A DNA stretch of 63,687 nucleotides, counting the filler, from Atractiella rhizophila (lineage: Eukaryota), in the NCBI GenBank assembly GCA_021432655.1. It is 3 parts of 3 records of this genome, joined end to end, with 100 filler letters (N's around TTAATTAATTAA, not from the genome) between each part and the next. Parts side by side here need not be neighbours in the genome. Positions count along the whole stretch, not along the records: positions 30,485 to 55,537 come from MU271561.1; 2 more parts are not named here. One strand, given 5' to 3'. This document shows, in pieces, positions 36,156 through 50,342 of this stretch (the stretch's first letter is position 1; each line of letters begins with the position of its first letter). Under the pieces are notes generated by a model. That model had not been told where the DNA came from and searched no databases. It was given only the letters and a program-made list of their open reading frames with translations. The position numbers were made by a program, and so were the translations under genes.

Positions 36156-39100
36156 GGTCAAGCGTACGGCTATGGCCAGACCAACTATTACGGTGCGACG
36201 CCTGCAGCTGGAGCAGCACCTCCCCTCCCTCCTGGGCCGCCGCCGCCTGCAGCTCCAGCTTATCCATACTCGACAGCGACGCAGTCCTACGCGCCAGCGC
36301 CAGCGTATCCTCAGCAGCCGGCCTACAACCCCGCGTCGGCATCTGCGAGCTACTACCCCCAAACTGCCGCTCAACCCGCTCAGCAGCAGCCTGGGAGTCA
36401 TCCTCAGTACCCTGGCTATGGCTACGGAACCCAAGCCGTGAGTCTCTCTGATTTTATGACGAAAGAATGGGGGTGACCCTTTTGGAACTAAGACAACGAC
36501 CTATCCTTCCGCATATCCTTCCCAGCCTCCAGCGGCTCAACCAGCCCCTGCTCCTTATGTCCCGCCCACGTACGGGTCCTCGACCGCGGCCCCAACATCT
36601 TATCCATCAACCTACCCACCCCCACCCGCTGCTGGCGGTGCTCAGCCTTATCGACCCCCGTACCAAGCCAACGTCCAACAACCGCCACCTCCTCCCCAGC
36701 CACAGCAGTCTCCGAGTCAAGGTCCACCTTTCAAGAGAGCGAGATACGACTCTGGGGCATCTCAGCCGCCACCCGCACTCCCGCCTTTGAACAGTGTCCC
36801 ACCTCCAAATAACCGTGGAGGGTTTAGGGGACGAGGTAGAGGAAGAGGTGGCGATGGGAGAGGAGGATACCATAGGTCCGGATCACCCCCTACAAGATAT
36901 CAGGGTACGCCGGCCCAAAATCAAGGAATGGTCGGTGCAGCGCCATCTTTCGGGACCTCTCCCAGCGATGTCAACTCGACCCCTATCAATCCTAATCGTT
37001 TCGGGGGGACGGTGAACACGGGCACGGTTCCGGGATCTGCGCCGTCTATGAACGGGTCTCCAAGCTTCAACATGGGAAGCTACAACCCGAATGAAGGCTA
37101 CGGTAGCGACTACGGTGGAAGAGGAGGTGCAAGGGGCAGAGGATTCAGAAGGGGAAGAGGCGGGGATAGGAGTTTCAGTTCCGATTATGGCTATCGCGGC
37201 AATGACAGACTCCCTGGTTTCGCAGCCCGAGGGACGAGTGGAGGTGTTCCGTTAGGAATGGGAGAAGGTGGTGGAAGACAGAACAACTTTGTAAACAACT
37301 ATCATCAATATAACGACGACAATATGGGCCGAAGTAATCGAGGTGGCTTCTTTGGGAATGATGGAGGGAGAGGAAGAGGGAGGGGGAGGGGTGGGTCCTC
37401 TCGCGGTAGAGGCGGGGGATCTTCTGATTATTATGGACCTTCTAGCGGAAATCGTGGAGGAAGAGGCGGGAGGAGGGGACGAGGAGGATCATTTGACGGT
37501 GACTTTTATGGAAGGAACAACAATCGCGGGAAGTTCAGGAGCTGGGATAGGGACGACTCGTTCAGCAGTCATCACCCGGGGCAGGGGCAGGGGCTTCCGG
37601 GCGAGAGGAAGAGGAGGGAGCATGAGGTCAAGAGGACGTTGACCGACTTTAGAATCGCTGGGCTCAAGATTGAGGCGATTGGGTGGGAGTGGAATGCCGA
37701 GTTGGAGGAACAGCATGACGTAAAGGAGAGCACTGCTGGAGCGGAAGTGAAAGAGGCGGAAGAGAAGGGGAAGAAACATGGAAGGGAGGAGGATGAGGAG
37801 GACGATTTGGTCATTACGGAGATGGTGAGCGCGAAAAAAGTCAAGTCGGAAGAAGGAACATACCAAGCCAACGTCCAACAACCGCCACCTCCTCCCCAGC
37901 CACAGCAGTCTCCGAGTCAAGGTCCACCTTTCAAGAGAGCGAGATACGACTCTGGAGCATCTCAGCCGCCACCCGCACTCCCGCCCTTGAACAGTGTCCC
38001 ACCTCCAAACAACCGGGGAGGGTTTAGGGGACGAGGCAGAGGAAGGGGTGGCGATGGGAGAGGAGGATACCATAGGTCCGGATCACCCCCTACAAGATAT
38101 CAGGGTACACCGGCCCAAAATCAAGGAATGGTCGGTGCAGCGCCATCTTTCGGGACCTCTCCGAGCGATGTCAACTCGACCCCTATCAATCCTAACCGTT
38201 TCGGGGGGACGGTGAACACGGGCACGGTTCCGGGATCTGCGCCGTCTATGAACGGGTCTCCAAGCTTCAACATGGGAAGCTACAATCCGAATGAAGGTTA
38301 CGGTAGCGACTATGGTGGAAGAGGAGGTGCAAGGGGCAGAGGATTCAGAAGGGGGAGAGGAGGGGATAGGAGTTTCAGTTCCGATTATGGCTATCGCGGC
38401 AATGACAGACTCCCTGGCTTCGCAGCCCGAGGTACGAGTGGAGGTGTTCCGTTAGGAATGGGAGAAGGTGGTGGAAGGCAGAACAACTTTGTAAACAACT
38501 ATCATCAATATAACGACGACAATATGGGCCGAAGTAATCGAGGTGGCTTCTTTGGGAATGATGGAGGGAGAGGAAGAGGGAGGGGGAGGGGTGGGTCCTC
38601 TCGCGGTAGAGGCGGGGGATCTTCTGATTATTATGGACCTTCTAGCGGAAATCGTGGAGGAAGAGGCGGGAGGAGGGGACGAGGAGGATCATTTGACGGT
38701 GACTTTTATGGAAGGAACAACAATCGCGGGAAGTTCAGGAGCTGGGATAGGGACGACTCGTTCAGCAGTCATCACCCGGGGCAGGGGCAGGGGCTTCCGG
38801 GCGAGAGGAAGAGGAGGGAGCATGAGGTCAAGAGGACGTTGACCGACTTTAGAATCGCTGGGCTCAAGATTGAGGCGATTGGGTGGGAGTGGAATGCCGA
38901 GTTGGAGGAACAGCATGACGTAAAGGAGAGCACTGCTGGAGCGGAAGTGAAAGAGGCGGAAGAGAAGGGGAAGAAACATGGAAGGGAGGAGGATGAGGAG
39001 GACGATTTGGTCATTACGGAGATGGTGAGCGCGAAAAAAGTCAAGTCGGAAGAAGGAACCGCGGTGAACGCGACGACAATGCACGAAGAAACGAAAAAGA

Positions 39101-40882
39101 CTCTCAAGAAGGAAAAACCTTTCGATTTCAACGACAAAAACGTTCCTCCCGGAAGAGAGAACTCGAGGCTCAGAATCTACTTCGCTTCCCCCGTTTCCGC
39201 TAGCGGAACGTTCCAACCCATCGCCAGGAGGCCGAGTCTACTCAAGCTGAACGAAGATACAAATGCGAGCGAGGCTGCCGGAGTTGATGGCGAACCACTC
39301 GAGACTCAGGTCGAGGAAGGAGATCAACCTATGGAAGACGCGACCGTAACTACTAATCATGCGACAACGCAGCCACCTGCCCCCACTGAAGAAACAACCG
39401 TTGTTGAGAACCCTCCCCCTCCAGCTCCCAACGCCAACGGAGACGGAACCGAAGGAGTCGTTCCAACAACTGAGGATCAAACCGTTATTGAAATTGGAGA
39501 AGATGAAGATGCACAAGGTGAGAACGATGAAGAATTCCATCAGCCTCAGGATGGTGCCGGAAATGCTGAACTCCAGGGACCGAATCGCTATTTTGACAAT
39601 CAACACGGAGGCGAGGAAGAGTTAGCTGGTGGCGACGAGAAGGAGGATCTGCACGAATACGATGGAGAAGGAGAAGGCGATCACACTCTGGACGACTTTC
39701 AATACATCCCTCCTGAACCCGCCTTTGATCGAATCTCCGTTTCCTACGCAAAGAACACGAGACGTATTGTCATCGACGCAGAAGTTGTGGAAAAGGTCAA
39801 GATTACGAGAAGTGAAGGAAAGATTGAGATCACGGTTAAGGTGGAAGCTGCTCTGATCAAACCTGACCCTAATTCAGAGGCTACGGAGGAGGATGAGTTT
39901 AGGGTTTGTAAAGGCGTCTTGGTGAGTCCTCTCTTCCTTCAATCTGTCCTATACCCTGCGTCGGGGAAGTTCCGTTTGTGCTACGGACATGATTTTGACC
40001 ATTGCTTTTGCTTTCTCTTTCGTGGTTACCGGGATCAGGTCGAATCTCTAGATCCTTTGGCGGATGACTATATCGTGATCGATAGGGTCTACTTGAAAAG
40101 TGCTTGCGGTGATGTGCCAGCGGACCAGATGGAGCATCCGAAGGATGAGCTGTTGCCGCCCCTGCACAAATTGGCTGCTGAGAGTCATGATTCCACTGCG
40201 GAGGCTTCTACTGGTTTCAAGGTTGATCATATCACCGTCATCGCCACGCTCGATAGAGTCAATCCTCTCACGGAGGCCAGATGGGTCAAATCGGGTGATA
40301 TCGAAGGATGGATCACGCAAATGATGGCTGGCTCGAAGGATAACGAGCCTAGAGAGACGTTGTGGAGGAATAAGATTGAAGTCGTCGATCCTGACCCGGT
40401 GAGGATGCTTGCTTCTCCCTCTCTCCAAAGGAGAGCAGGGGTTGCTTTTTGGTTGCTGACGAGTTTTATGATAGCCTCCAACCATCCAGCATGCATTGGA
40501 CACGTGGCTGGGCAGCTCAAGCCATTCGACGCAAGATCAGCGATCCAAGTTCATTTCCAGTCACATGCAGAACATCGACAACGTGATGGAGATCTTGCTT
40601 CGACTGATCAGAACAAGCCAAGTTCCCAGCCATCATACTCAACCACCCGCTGTGGCTATTTTGGCTAACAATCTTCACGCTCCTTATCCAGAGATGCAGA
40701 CACAAGTTTCTTTAGCTGTTTTGCAGCTTTTCAGACTGGGGGTTGAGACATGTGTGAAACATGGGGGGGATAAAGCGGAGGTGGAGACGAAGGTCAGCGA
40801 GATGATTAGAAATCTCCCTTACCACCTCGTTTTCAAGAGTTTGGATTCGATGTTCAAGGATTGGCTTGCCACTAATCGCTAG
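36156..40882 (+). CDS. Large uncharacterised protein: P/Y/Q-rich N-terminus, RGG-rich region, acidic linker and a folded C-terminal region; 5' end lost in gap
   Basis: Long ORF with dense RGG/RG repeats. Ordered-looking blocks RTLTDFRIAGLKI, ENSRLRIYF and DRISVSYAKNTRRIVIDAEVVEKVKI. Introns near 39922 and 40399; last exon ends ...DSMFKDWLATNR*. Confidence 0.8.
36661..39059. repeat. Near-identical in-frame tandem duplication, 1200-nt unit
   Basis: 36661-37859 versus 37861-39059. Differences are third-position changes confined to the first part of the unit. Confidence 0.97.
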
Positions 40883-42980
40883 GTATCATACGCACCTATT
40901 CACCTAGCCTTCTCCTCTCACCCCTTCTCTTCTGTCATCCTTTTCCTGACCAAAAAGTATCTTATCTTTTCTCCTGAAACATGGAAGGGAGGAGGATGAG
41001 GAGGACGATTTGGTCATTACGGAGATGGTGAGCGCGAAAAAAGTCAAGTCGGAAGAAGGAACTGCGGTGAATGCGACGACGATGCACGAAGAAACGAAAA
41101 AGACTTTGAAGAAGGAAAAACCTTTCGATTTCAACGACAAAAACGTTCCTCCCGGAAGAGAGAACTCGAGGCTCAGAATCTACTTCGCTTCCCCCGTTTC
41201 CGCTAGCGGAACGTTCCAACCCATTGCGAGGAGGCCGAGTCTACTCAAGCTGAACGAAGATACGAATGCGAGCGAGGTTGCCGGAGTTGATGGCGAACCA
41301 CTCGAGACTCAGGTCGAGGAAGGAGATCAGCCTATGGAAGACGCGACCGTAACTACTAATCCTGCGACTGCGCAGCCACCTGCCCCCACTGAAGAAACAA
41401 CCGTTGTTGAGAATCCTCCCCCTCCAGCTCCTAACGCCAACGGAGACGGAACCGAAGGAGTTGTTCCAACAACTGAGGATCAAACCGTTATTGAAATTGG
41501 AGAAGATGAAGATGCACAGGGTGAGAACGATGAAGAATTCCATCAGCCTCAGGATGGTGCCGGAAATGCTGAACTCCAGGGACCGAATCGCTATTTTGAC
41601 AATCAACACGGAGGTGAGGAAGAGTTAGCTGGTGGCGACGAGAAGGAGGATCTGCACGAATACGATGGAGAAGGAGAAGGCGATCACACTCTGGACGACT
41701 TTCAATACATCCCTCCTGAACCCGCCTTTGATCGAATCTCCGTTTCCTACGCAAAGAACACGAGACGTATTGTCATCGACGCAGAAGTTGTGGAAAAGGT
41801 CAAGATTACGAGAAGTGAAGGAAAGATTGAGATCACGGTTAAGGTGGAAGCTGCTCTGATCAGACCTGACCCTAATTCAGAGGCTACGGAGGAGGATGAG
41901 TTTAGGGTTTGTAAAGGCGTCTTGGTGAGTCCTCTCTTCCTTCAATCTGTCCTATACCCTCCGTCGGGGAAGTTCCGTTTGTGCTACGGACATGATTTTG
42001 ACCATTGCTTTTGCTTTCTCTTTCGTGGTTACCGGGATCAGGTCGAATCTCTAGATCCTTTGGCGGATGACTATATCGTGATCGATAGGGTCTACTTGAA
42101 AAGTGCTTGCGGTGATGTGCCAGCGGACCAGATGGAGCATCCGAAGGATGAGCTGTTGCCGCCCCTGCACAAATTGGCTGCTGAGAGTCATGATTCCACT
42201 GCGGAGGCTTCTACTGGTTTCAAGGTTGATCATATCACCGTCATCGCCACGCTCGATAGAGTCAATCCTCTCACGGAGGCCAGATGGGTCAAATCGGGTG
42301 ATATCGAAGGATGGATCACGCAAATGATGGCTGGCTCGAAGGATAACGAGCCTAGAGAGACGTTGTGGAGGAATAAGATTGAAGTTGTCGACCCCGATCC
42401 GGTGAGGATGCCTGCTTCTCCCTCTCTCCAAAGGAGAGTAGGGGTTGCTTTTTGGTTGCTGACGAGTTTTATGACAGCCTCCAACCATTCAGCATGCATT
42501 GGACACGTGGTTGGGCAGCTCAAGCCATTCGACGCAAGATCAGCGATCCAAGTTCATTTCCAGTCACATGCAGAACATCGACAACGTGATGGAGATCTTG
42601 CTTCGACTGATCAGAACAAGCCAAGTTCCCAGCCATCATACTCAACCACCCGCTGTGGCTATTTTGGCTAACAATCTTCACGCTCCTTATCCAGAGATGC
42701 AGACACAAGTTTCTTTAGCTGTTTTGCAGCTTTTCAGACTGGGGGTTGAGACATGTGTGAAACATGGGGGGGATAAAGCGGAGGTGGAGACGAAGGTCAG
42801 CGAGATGATTAGAAATCTCCCTTACCACCTCGTTTTCAAGAGTTTGGATTCGATGTTCAAGGATTGGCTTGCCACTAATCGCTAGGTATCATACGCACCT
42901 ATTCACCTAGCCTTCTCCTCTCACCCCTTCTCTTCTGTCATCCTTTTCCTGACCAAAAAGTATCTTATCTTTTCTCCTGA
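38973..42980. repeat. Near-identical tandem duplication, 2003-nt unit; creates a second 5'-truncated 3' half of the RGG gene (40976-42885)
   Basis: 38973-40977 versus 40976-42980, with GA microhomology at the junction and scattered SNPs. Confidence 0.97.
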
Positions 42981-44083
42981 TGTGACAAAGAACGTAAATC
43001 AAGCTCGGGTCACGAGAAAGAACGCCCGTGCCCTTCCTTTCTTACTTTTCTCACTTGCCTCCGGAAATCCAGAAAAATATTAATAAAATTAACTCGAGGT
43101 CATAATGGAACGATGGAATGAATCATGTTTTGTCTCTCTGTTATGTCTCTTTCTCTCTGTGTTGGCCTGCGTCGTCTTCAGCATTTCTGTCATGGCGCCG
43201 CACGTCATCGTTAACTGCAGAGGTGGCGGTGGCTGCTTCTCGACCTTTCCAACTGACCGCAGGAAAGAGAAGGATGTGGAGTATGGTGTAAATGGCTGCG
43301 TGAGCTCTCGGGTTGAGAACATAACATGCACAGTGTGTGCATGTGATACGTTATGGACTTGACAGACCTGCTGAACGAAGGGACTGCAATGGTTTGCTAA
43401 CTCAAAAGCTTTGGGCTATTCTGGTGAGGACCGTTAGAGCATTGCGCAAAGGAAGGACTGTGTTGAAGTACATGATAACTCAGGTGCTGTCCAACTCTGT
43501 TGCGACTTTCAGCTCTTCCTGCTATTCAACCCCTATCTTGCTCCTATGAGACACAGCTGATGTTTGAGCTTGCTATCCTCGACATCCTTTCTCGTTTTTT
43601 GTACGGCCATGCATTATCCTATGACTATGTTCTGTTCAGTCTATAGATAGTCCTGCCTTAAAGGCTGCTCCCGTCAGGCTGCCTATGTTATGGGCTTGCA
43701 GCATAGCGCCTTACTTTTAGACTGCTATACTGAAAGGCGCATGTTGTTGGGTCAGTTAGGTCTGAGCTGGTCTGAGCGAGCGAGGTCTGAGTTGGTATCT
43801 GCCAAACTCCTCCTCCTCAGGACGCGATGCAGCACTTTATTGAGGGAACCTTCTTTCTTGAAGTATGCTCTTAGATTCGAGGGGTTGGTGACTTGAACAT
43901 TGAACACTGAATGAATGAATGAAGGGGAGGAACCACAATGTACTCTGTAAATAGATTTGCAATTGATATACCGTTACCCATCCTTTGGTATGGCAGGTTA
44001 CATAAGTACTTGGGTTGGACAGGTTCCTTTGATTGATAAGATGAACAACAAGTGAAATTTTTAGAGCCTTTCAAGAACAGAAG

Positions 44084-46067
44084 TTAAGCAGAAATGGACT
44101 GAGCAGAAGATGAGGCAGCCATCTTTTTGGCTCTCTTGTCTTCCACAGTTTGAACATGCTTGATACCTAGATGCAAACCCAAAGTCAGCGACAAGAGAAG
44201 CAGGATGGCGATGGGGACACACCAGCAGCGTCCTGTTGTTTCTTGGCTTGCAGCGCGCATAACGCTGCCCCCACTCCACTCCCGTCCTTTGCAAGCCCAA
44301 TCAAGGTTCTCTCCTCGACTTCGGCACCAACCAGGGCAAGTAATCCAGCCCGCAACCTCTCCTCGAATCGAGGATAATGCTCGACAAGGCTTCCATCTAC
44401 CCCTACGCTGATCGGACCCTTAGTCTGTGCTTGGTTTGTTTGCTCAAGTACCGTCGCGATTGCGGTTGCTGCCAGGCGGCTAGGTCCCAGGTTAAGCAGG
44501 TCATCGAATATCAAAGGAGAGGAAAGCATACGCGCATCGGGTGCCCACGATCTCGCATACCCTGGCTACAATGATACAGTCTTCCTTGGCGATCTTATCC
44601 TGTGGCACGCCAACTTCGAAGTGTAGAATATGCTTGATGGGCTCAACATCGAAGACGTGTCCCAGAGGTATCTTCTCAATCTTAGACATGAGAGCGGTGT
44701 CAAACCCGTAATGGGTGTTGAGCATTTTCGAGGAGTAGCCCTGGAATATAATTTCCCGGTCGATGAGATGCAAGAGGACGTTCCGAACGATTTCTCCCAG
44801 ATCTGCAAACCCAGATCATCAAGGCTGAATCTGATAGAGGAAGGCAACAACTTACACATTCCACTGATCATTTTTTCGAATGCTTGACGGCGCGGATTGA
44901 TGCTTTCACGATCCAACTTGTTATCAAAGACAGTGAAAGGTAGGACCCGACGTTCGTTGTCAAATGCTCCCCCTAGTCTCAGCGTCAGAATGGAACCGAG
45001 CGAAGAGGAAGAAGCAACACACATTCTGTGTTAATGATCATCGAGGCAAGGTCTCCCTTCTGCTCCTATAGTCAAAGTCAATGTCCTGGTGAGAAACAGG
45101 CTAAGAACGACGGACATCTGAAAGTAGCTTGACTTTGTCGATGGATTGTACATAGGCACCGTTTGTCCCCGTTCCGAAGATAGCCCCAATGATGGCACCT
45201 CCAGATTGATACGCTCGGGCCATGAGGGTTCCAACGGTGTCGTTAACGAGAGCAGAACAATGGACGTGGATGTGTTTCCGGTCGAGCGCATCTTGAAGGA
45301 GCTTCACGACATCATTCCCCTCGGCATTAGTTGCTGAGAACCCCTTTGCGACAAACACGACATCGTCACTCGAGGGGAACAGTATAGGGAGAAATAACCG
45401 ACCTTTGTCCAACCAATAAGCGTCCCCTTGTCGATCGCAGTCTGTTGAACTGGAAAACTGAAAGTGAAACCAAGGTGGAGCTTCTCCTCTTCAATCTCCT
45501 CATCCGTAGCTTGCAAGTCATACTTGGTCAAGAAATGGTCCACGCAATTGGCTATGAAGTCGAACAGGGCAGCCGCTTCTCCAGTCTTCAGCGCTTCAGA
45601 TACAGTGTATTTCTCCTGAGATAGACTAAATCCTTTATCACCCTTGAGCTCAACCTACTCCCTCAATCGCATGTCAGCGTCGATTCTCAGCTGACTAGCA
45701 GCGACAGCAACAAAACATACCCGGCACACTCGTAGATTCGTTCCTCCCAGATCCAAAGCAAGGAAATTTCCAGACTCAGTTCCATCTGGCGTATCGCTCA
45801 AGAAGGTGGCTTTAGACAAGAGAATCAAAGATCACTCTCTTGACGAAATGGAGAGGAAAACGGACGAATCATAGGTAAAAAAGTGTGAGCATTCTTCCCC
45901 GTGATTTTCACGCTCAAGCCCTGATTATATTCCCACAAGAATTGCTTGACGATATCCTTCAGTTTCTCGTCGGTGATGGCGAAGGAGTCGTCCAGAGACT
46001 CGATCACCTCTTTCGTTGCTTGTGATATATCGTTCGGGAGAGAGTTGAGGAAGTTGAAGGCAGACAT
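44084..46067 (-). CDS. Hexokinase/glucokinase, multi-exon
   Basis: [72 protein letters not shown]. An inferred last intron gives ...SAQSISA* at 44084. Confidence 0.95.
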
Positions 46068-46607
46068 CTTGCAAGGTTGAGTGGGAAGTGCTGGGAGCCG
46101 AAGTTGGTTTTGGGCTGTGAGAGGGAATCGGTCAGGGAGTGTGCCTTTTTGCTGCCTTTACTCCCTCGGTGACAATCTTGGTGCCTTGGAGTAATCTAGA
46201 CCACACAGCCCTACCATTCAGCGTTGAGCGTGAGGGCGGGCTCGAAGGAAGGTACTTACAAGGTACTCACGGTTTTGGGCCACCGTTGCAAACAATTGCA
46301 AGTTTGAGCAGAAGCGGATCGATGCTTGATCCTCTCGATCGATGAGATATTACGGTCACGGGACTTTATTGATCGAAGCAAGTAGCAAATACAGCATTGA
46401 TACACTGATTTGCTTTCCGATTTGTATGTTGACAATTGTAATACATCCAGTACTTCTGATTGCACATAGGTATATTATCCTACAACCTCCAGCGCCGAGT
46501 TCACTCGACGATCAAAGCGAAAGTGTGGCAACACAGGTATCAACTGATCAGTAACGAGCACCAATTATTTCAATGATCTCGAAGCAAGATATACGCCGCA
46601 CCGAAAC

Positions 46608-49600
46608 CTACGACACAGCAACCAAATTAACCTCCAGCCCCTGCAGCGCTGCTTTCGCGGCATTCCTGAGTCGTTCATCAAAGCTCCATTCCGGGCTCGC
46701 CATCCTCCTCAATGGGTCAAGTGTCGCTGCCTTCAGCACCTCCAATGGCCGAGCACCGTCGCGGCTGCAGTAGACGAAGAGCAGACGGAGGAGGGAGCAG
46801 ACATTCATGGTGAGCTCGGGAGCGGAGGGACGAGCGAGGGTTGCTGTGAGGACTTCTAGGGCAGAAGAGGGGGCAGCGCGGCCGTCCGGAGACGGCTGAG
46901 TTGAGCGACGGTGTGATGAGGAGGAGGGTGAGGTTGGTGGAGAGGGCGACAACAGGGGAGGGGAGGAAGGAAGACTCGGTGGTGAAAGTTGAGGTGGCGA
47001 AGAAGCAAGCTGTGGGCTGGTAGGAAATGTCCGTGATGAGCTGCGGCGAGATGGCCGTGTTATGGAATGGAGGACGAGCATGGCTTCAAACGATTCTTTA
47101 GTTCGCATAGCCCAAAAAGGTATAGGACTGAAAACGTACCTCCTTCTTTTACTCCTCCTAGGAGGTTCAGTCCAATAACCCCCTCCATCACGAGTATGGG
47201 GTACTCATTCCTTGTAATCATATCGGATATCGCATCCACCACATCCGATCTAGTCATCTTGAGCCTGATAAACACCTTCTCATCAACGCCCATGCCTTCA
47301 ACCGTATTGCCTCCTCCATTAACATTGGGAGTTATTGGTTTGGGAGACCACGACGACTTGATGACATTGATCAACAACCTCGTGGCTTCTGATCGTAATC
47401 GCACATCCTCCGTACGCTGCAGAAGTGGGACGACGAGCTCAAGTGGTGCTATCCGATTGTCCGTGCCTGGAAAAACTTTGACCATCCGCAATGCGTTTCT
47501 TGCTATTCAAACGGCATGATTAGCAAATGGTCATAGGACACCTCGCAGACGTACGCTCATCGTTACACAGATGTTTCAGTGTACCTATAGCTGCAACTTG
47601 CAAGGGATTGATTTTGTCCATTTCGGGACGTAGAGCATAAACAGCAGCTTCGATGACACCGGCATTCCCCAATATGGGACGGTTGACCTCTGCATCACTG
47701 CCTCAGCCTTCTGACCACTTGATACGACGATAAAAAGACACACGTGGAAGGGATAAATTCTTCAACAGTCCTAAAACGCCGTGTAGGACCTGAAAACGCT
47801 CTCTTGATTTGTCTGGCCGTAGATAATCGGGCGATGCGAATTTTTTGAGCAGACGTGCGAGCGGCGTGGCGAGGTCATAATGCGACAAGAGGGCTCGACA
47901 CTCCTTATCTTCAGGAACCAAAACACCTCAGTCATCCTTCCTTCAGCCAATGAGAGGAAAACATACCTCCCCTCGCCAAGTTGCCCAAGGTAAGGCTCGC
48001 ACAAATGACGAGATCCTCCCTACTCTCCTCCGCCCCATCTCCCTGCATCGGTTCATCCAACAAATCGCCACCTAGCCATCCCACAAGCTTATCCACGACC
48101 CAACTCCTCCTTATAGGTTCCTTCTTCTTCCCCTTCCCCCTCGCATTCCTCCACGCCGCATTCCTCCGATTAATATTCAAGACGATATCCTTGACCTCAT
48201 CCTCCGTCGGTGCCACGACTATCGCTCTCTCGATCGCAGCCTTCGATTCCCGAAAAACCTTCAATCGATCCTCCTTCTCCTCCTGTGCAGACGAAGCAAA
48301 ATAATCCCAACCCCAATTGGTAGGTCGTTGTCCAAACTCGATAAAGGTGAGAAGGTGGGAGAGGAAGGAATCGTGTTCCTCCTCGTCCACTTCAAGGTTC
48401 ATGATCTCGTCCTCTCCCATCCCGCTCTCATCCACGCTCAAACTCATCTCGTCGTCCTCCGCCTCCTCCGCGTTGCGTAAACTCGAAGGAGCTTGAAAAT
48501 TCCTCGCTGTCGGTGTCCCATCTGGATCGACGACGATGGCTAGTCGTGCGGTGGCAGAATCGATGGTGAGCGTTTCGAACAGTTCGGAACAGAGACGAAG
48601 AATCTCGAGGTCTGCATCTAGCATCGATTCTCCTTTCGAGGATAGATAGGAGGTGGAGAGGGGGGAGGCTGCGACGTCATCTTGGGAGGAGAGGAGTTGA
48701 GAAAAGAGGGAGATCATGAATCCTGGTGGTAGGTAGGATGCCGAATCCTCTGCTCTCGCCGCCATCAGCCCTGTCCTATCTGATGCATGGAGACATAGGG
48801 TTGAGGAAGACGAACCATTTCGAAACAGCTCTTCAACTACCTTCAAAGCCCATTCTACAATCACACAGCCAATTGAAAGCCGTTCATGTTCATGATCATT
48901 TGGCTGACTCCAGCTCCACGAGTTCACGGCATAAATGCCACTGTGAGCATCGATGACAGCAGAGAGGACGGAAAGAACTTGATTCTTCAGGAATGCAGTC
49001 CGTATCGGTTCTACATCAAACTTCAGTCCACTTCCAAGACCAAAGTAAGGAGAAGACAGACCAAAATCATTGCACATATTAAGCATAGCTCCAACCGCCG
49101 CTCTGAGCGCCTTCAACTCTCCAATCCCCAAACTTCTCTGCGGCACACCCTCCCTTCCACCACCAGGACTTCCATTAAGCACAGTATTATAGCCGCTCGG
49201 TGAGCTGGTAGCGCTACTCGGACTGCTGGTCTGAAGAAGGAGGGAGCTGAGAAAGAGGACTACGGAGAGGTCGACGGAGGATTCCCGACAGATCCGACGA
49301 TTAGACTCGTGCTCGTAACAAAGGTTGGCGAGCGTGCGAAGGATCTCAGTAGCGCCGATGATCGCTTCTTGGGAACGAGCGGTGGGTAGGAGTGTGATGG
49401 ACGCGTTCAGGAGGTGGCGGCAGCTGTTAATCAAGTCGGCGGTGGCAGCGGAGCGAAGTGCCTCTGCAAGGAATCGCGTACGTCAGTACCATAGAACCAA
49501 TACAATTGTCACATACAGGACTTCTTCGAAGTCTGGAGAAGGAACGAAAAATGGTCTGTAGTAACCTCAATGGGAGAGGATCCTGATTGATGCCACGATC

Positions 49601-50342
49601 GACGTGGACCAACGGACAGAAGCAGACGGTGCCTCCTCTCCAGCAACGGGATGGTGTGGGTAAGTGTCATTCAGTCTGTCACCTCGCCCCGTCCAAACTG
49701 TAACGACTGCATGGAATTGATTCAAGGTAACAGCAAGAAGTGAAGCGAAGAGACAAATCGCTGACGTAGAAGAGATAGAAGCTATGCTCGTGAACACGGC
49801 AACCGAAGCCAGTCTCTTTGGAGATATCTGCTCTTTGGCAATCAAACACGAGCGACACCAGACCGCGCTCAGATCTCTTCCTCTCCTCAAAAGACAGCAC
49901 CGCCAGTTGCACAGCGCTTCTTCTCTACTTATGCCACGAGCTGTCGAAACCGTAAAGGGAAGCACAGCACTCACTCTCTTTAAAGTACTCTGCCAGCCTC
50001 GCACTCGAATCTCTCACAACCCACCAATCCTTTGGGCTCATAAGCTCATCGGAGTCCTCGACCAGGTTCCCGGTACCATTTCCATTTCCGTTCCCTTGTG
50101 GAGATGGTTGTCCAGCTTGATGGGGATGTTGGGTTTGGATGTCGAAGGAAGAGCTGATTTGGCTCGCTCGTTTTGAAAGTTTGGTGAGGGTGTCGATGTG
50201 AGGGAGGATGTTTGGAGGGAGTGATGGTATCTGGATAGGCGGCGGCTGAGGATGATGGGGATGGTGAGGGTGAGGGTGAGAGGCTGGAACAAGCGGGATT
50301 AGATGGACCAGCATTGAAGCTGAAAGAGCACTACGCACTCAT
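46608..50342 (-). CDS. Armadillo-repeat protein of the SmgGDS/RAP1GDS1 (Vimar/Darlin)-like type, multi-exon
   Basis: ILRTLANLC, AAVGAMLN, CASLTLGNLAR, QVLHGVLGLLKNLSLP, NRPILGNAGVIE, LQVAAIGTLKHL, LRSEATRLLINVIK. Start inferred as ATG A|intron|CC giving MTSHPHPHH. Confidence 0.72.

Noticed and set aside
36787..40668. 1293-aa ORF as the real protein
   Set aside because: Inflated by the 1200-nt duplication and reads through two introns; the true C-terminus is in the 40496..40882 frame.
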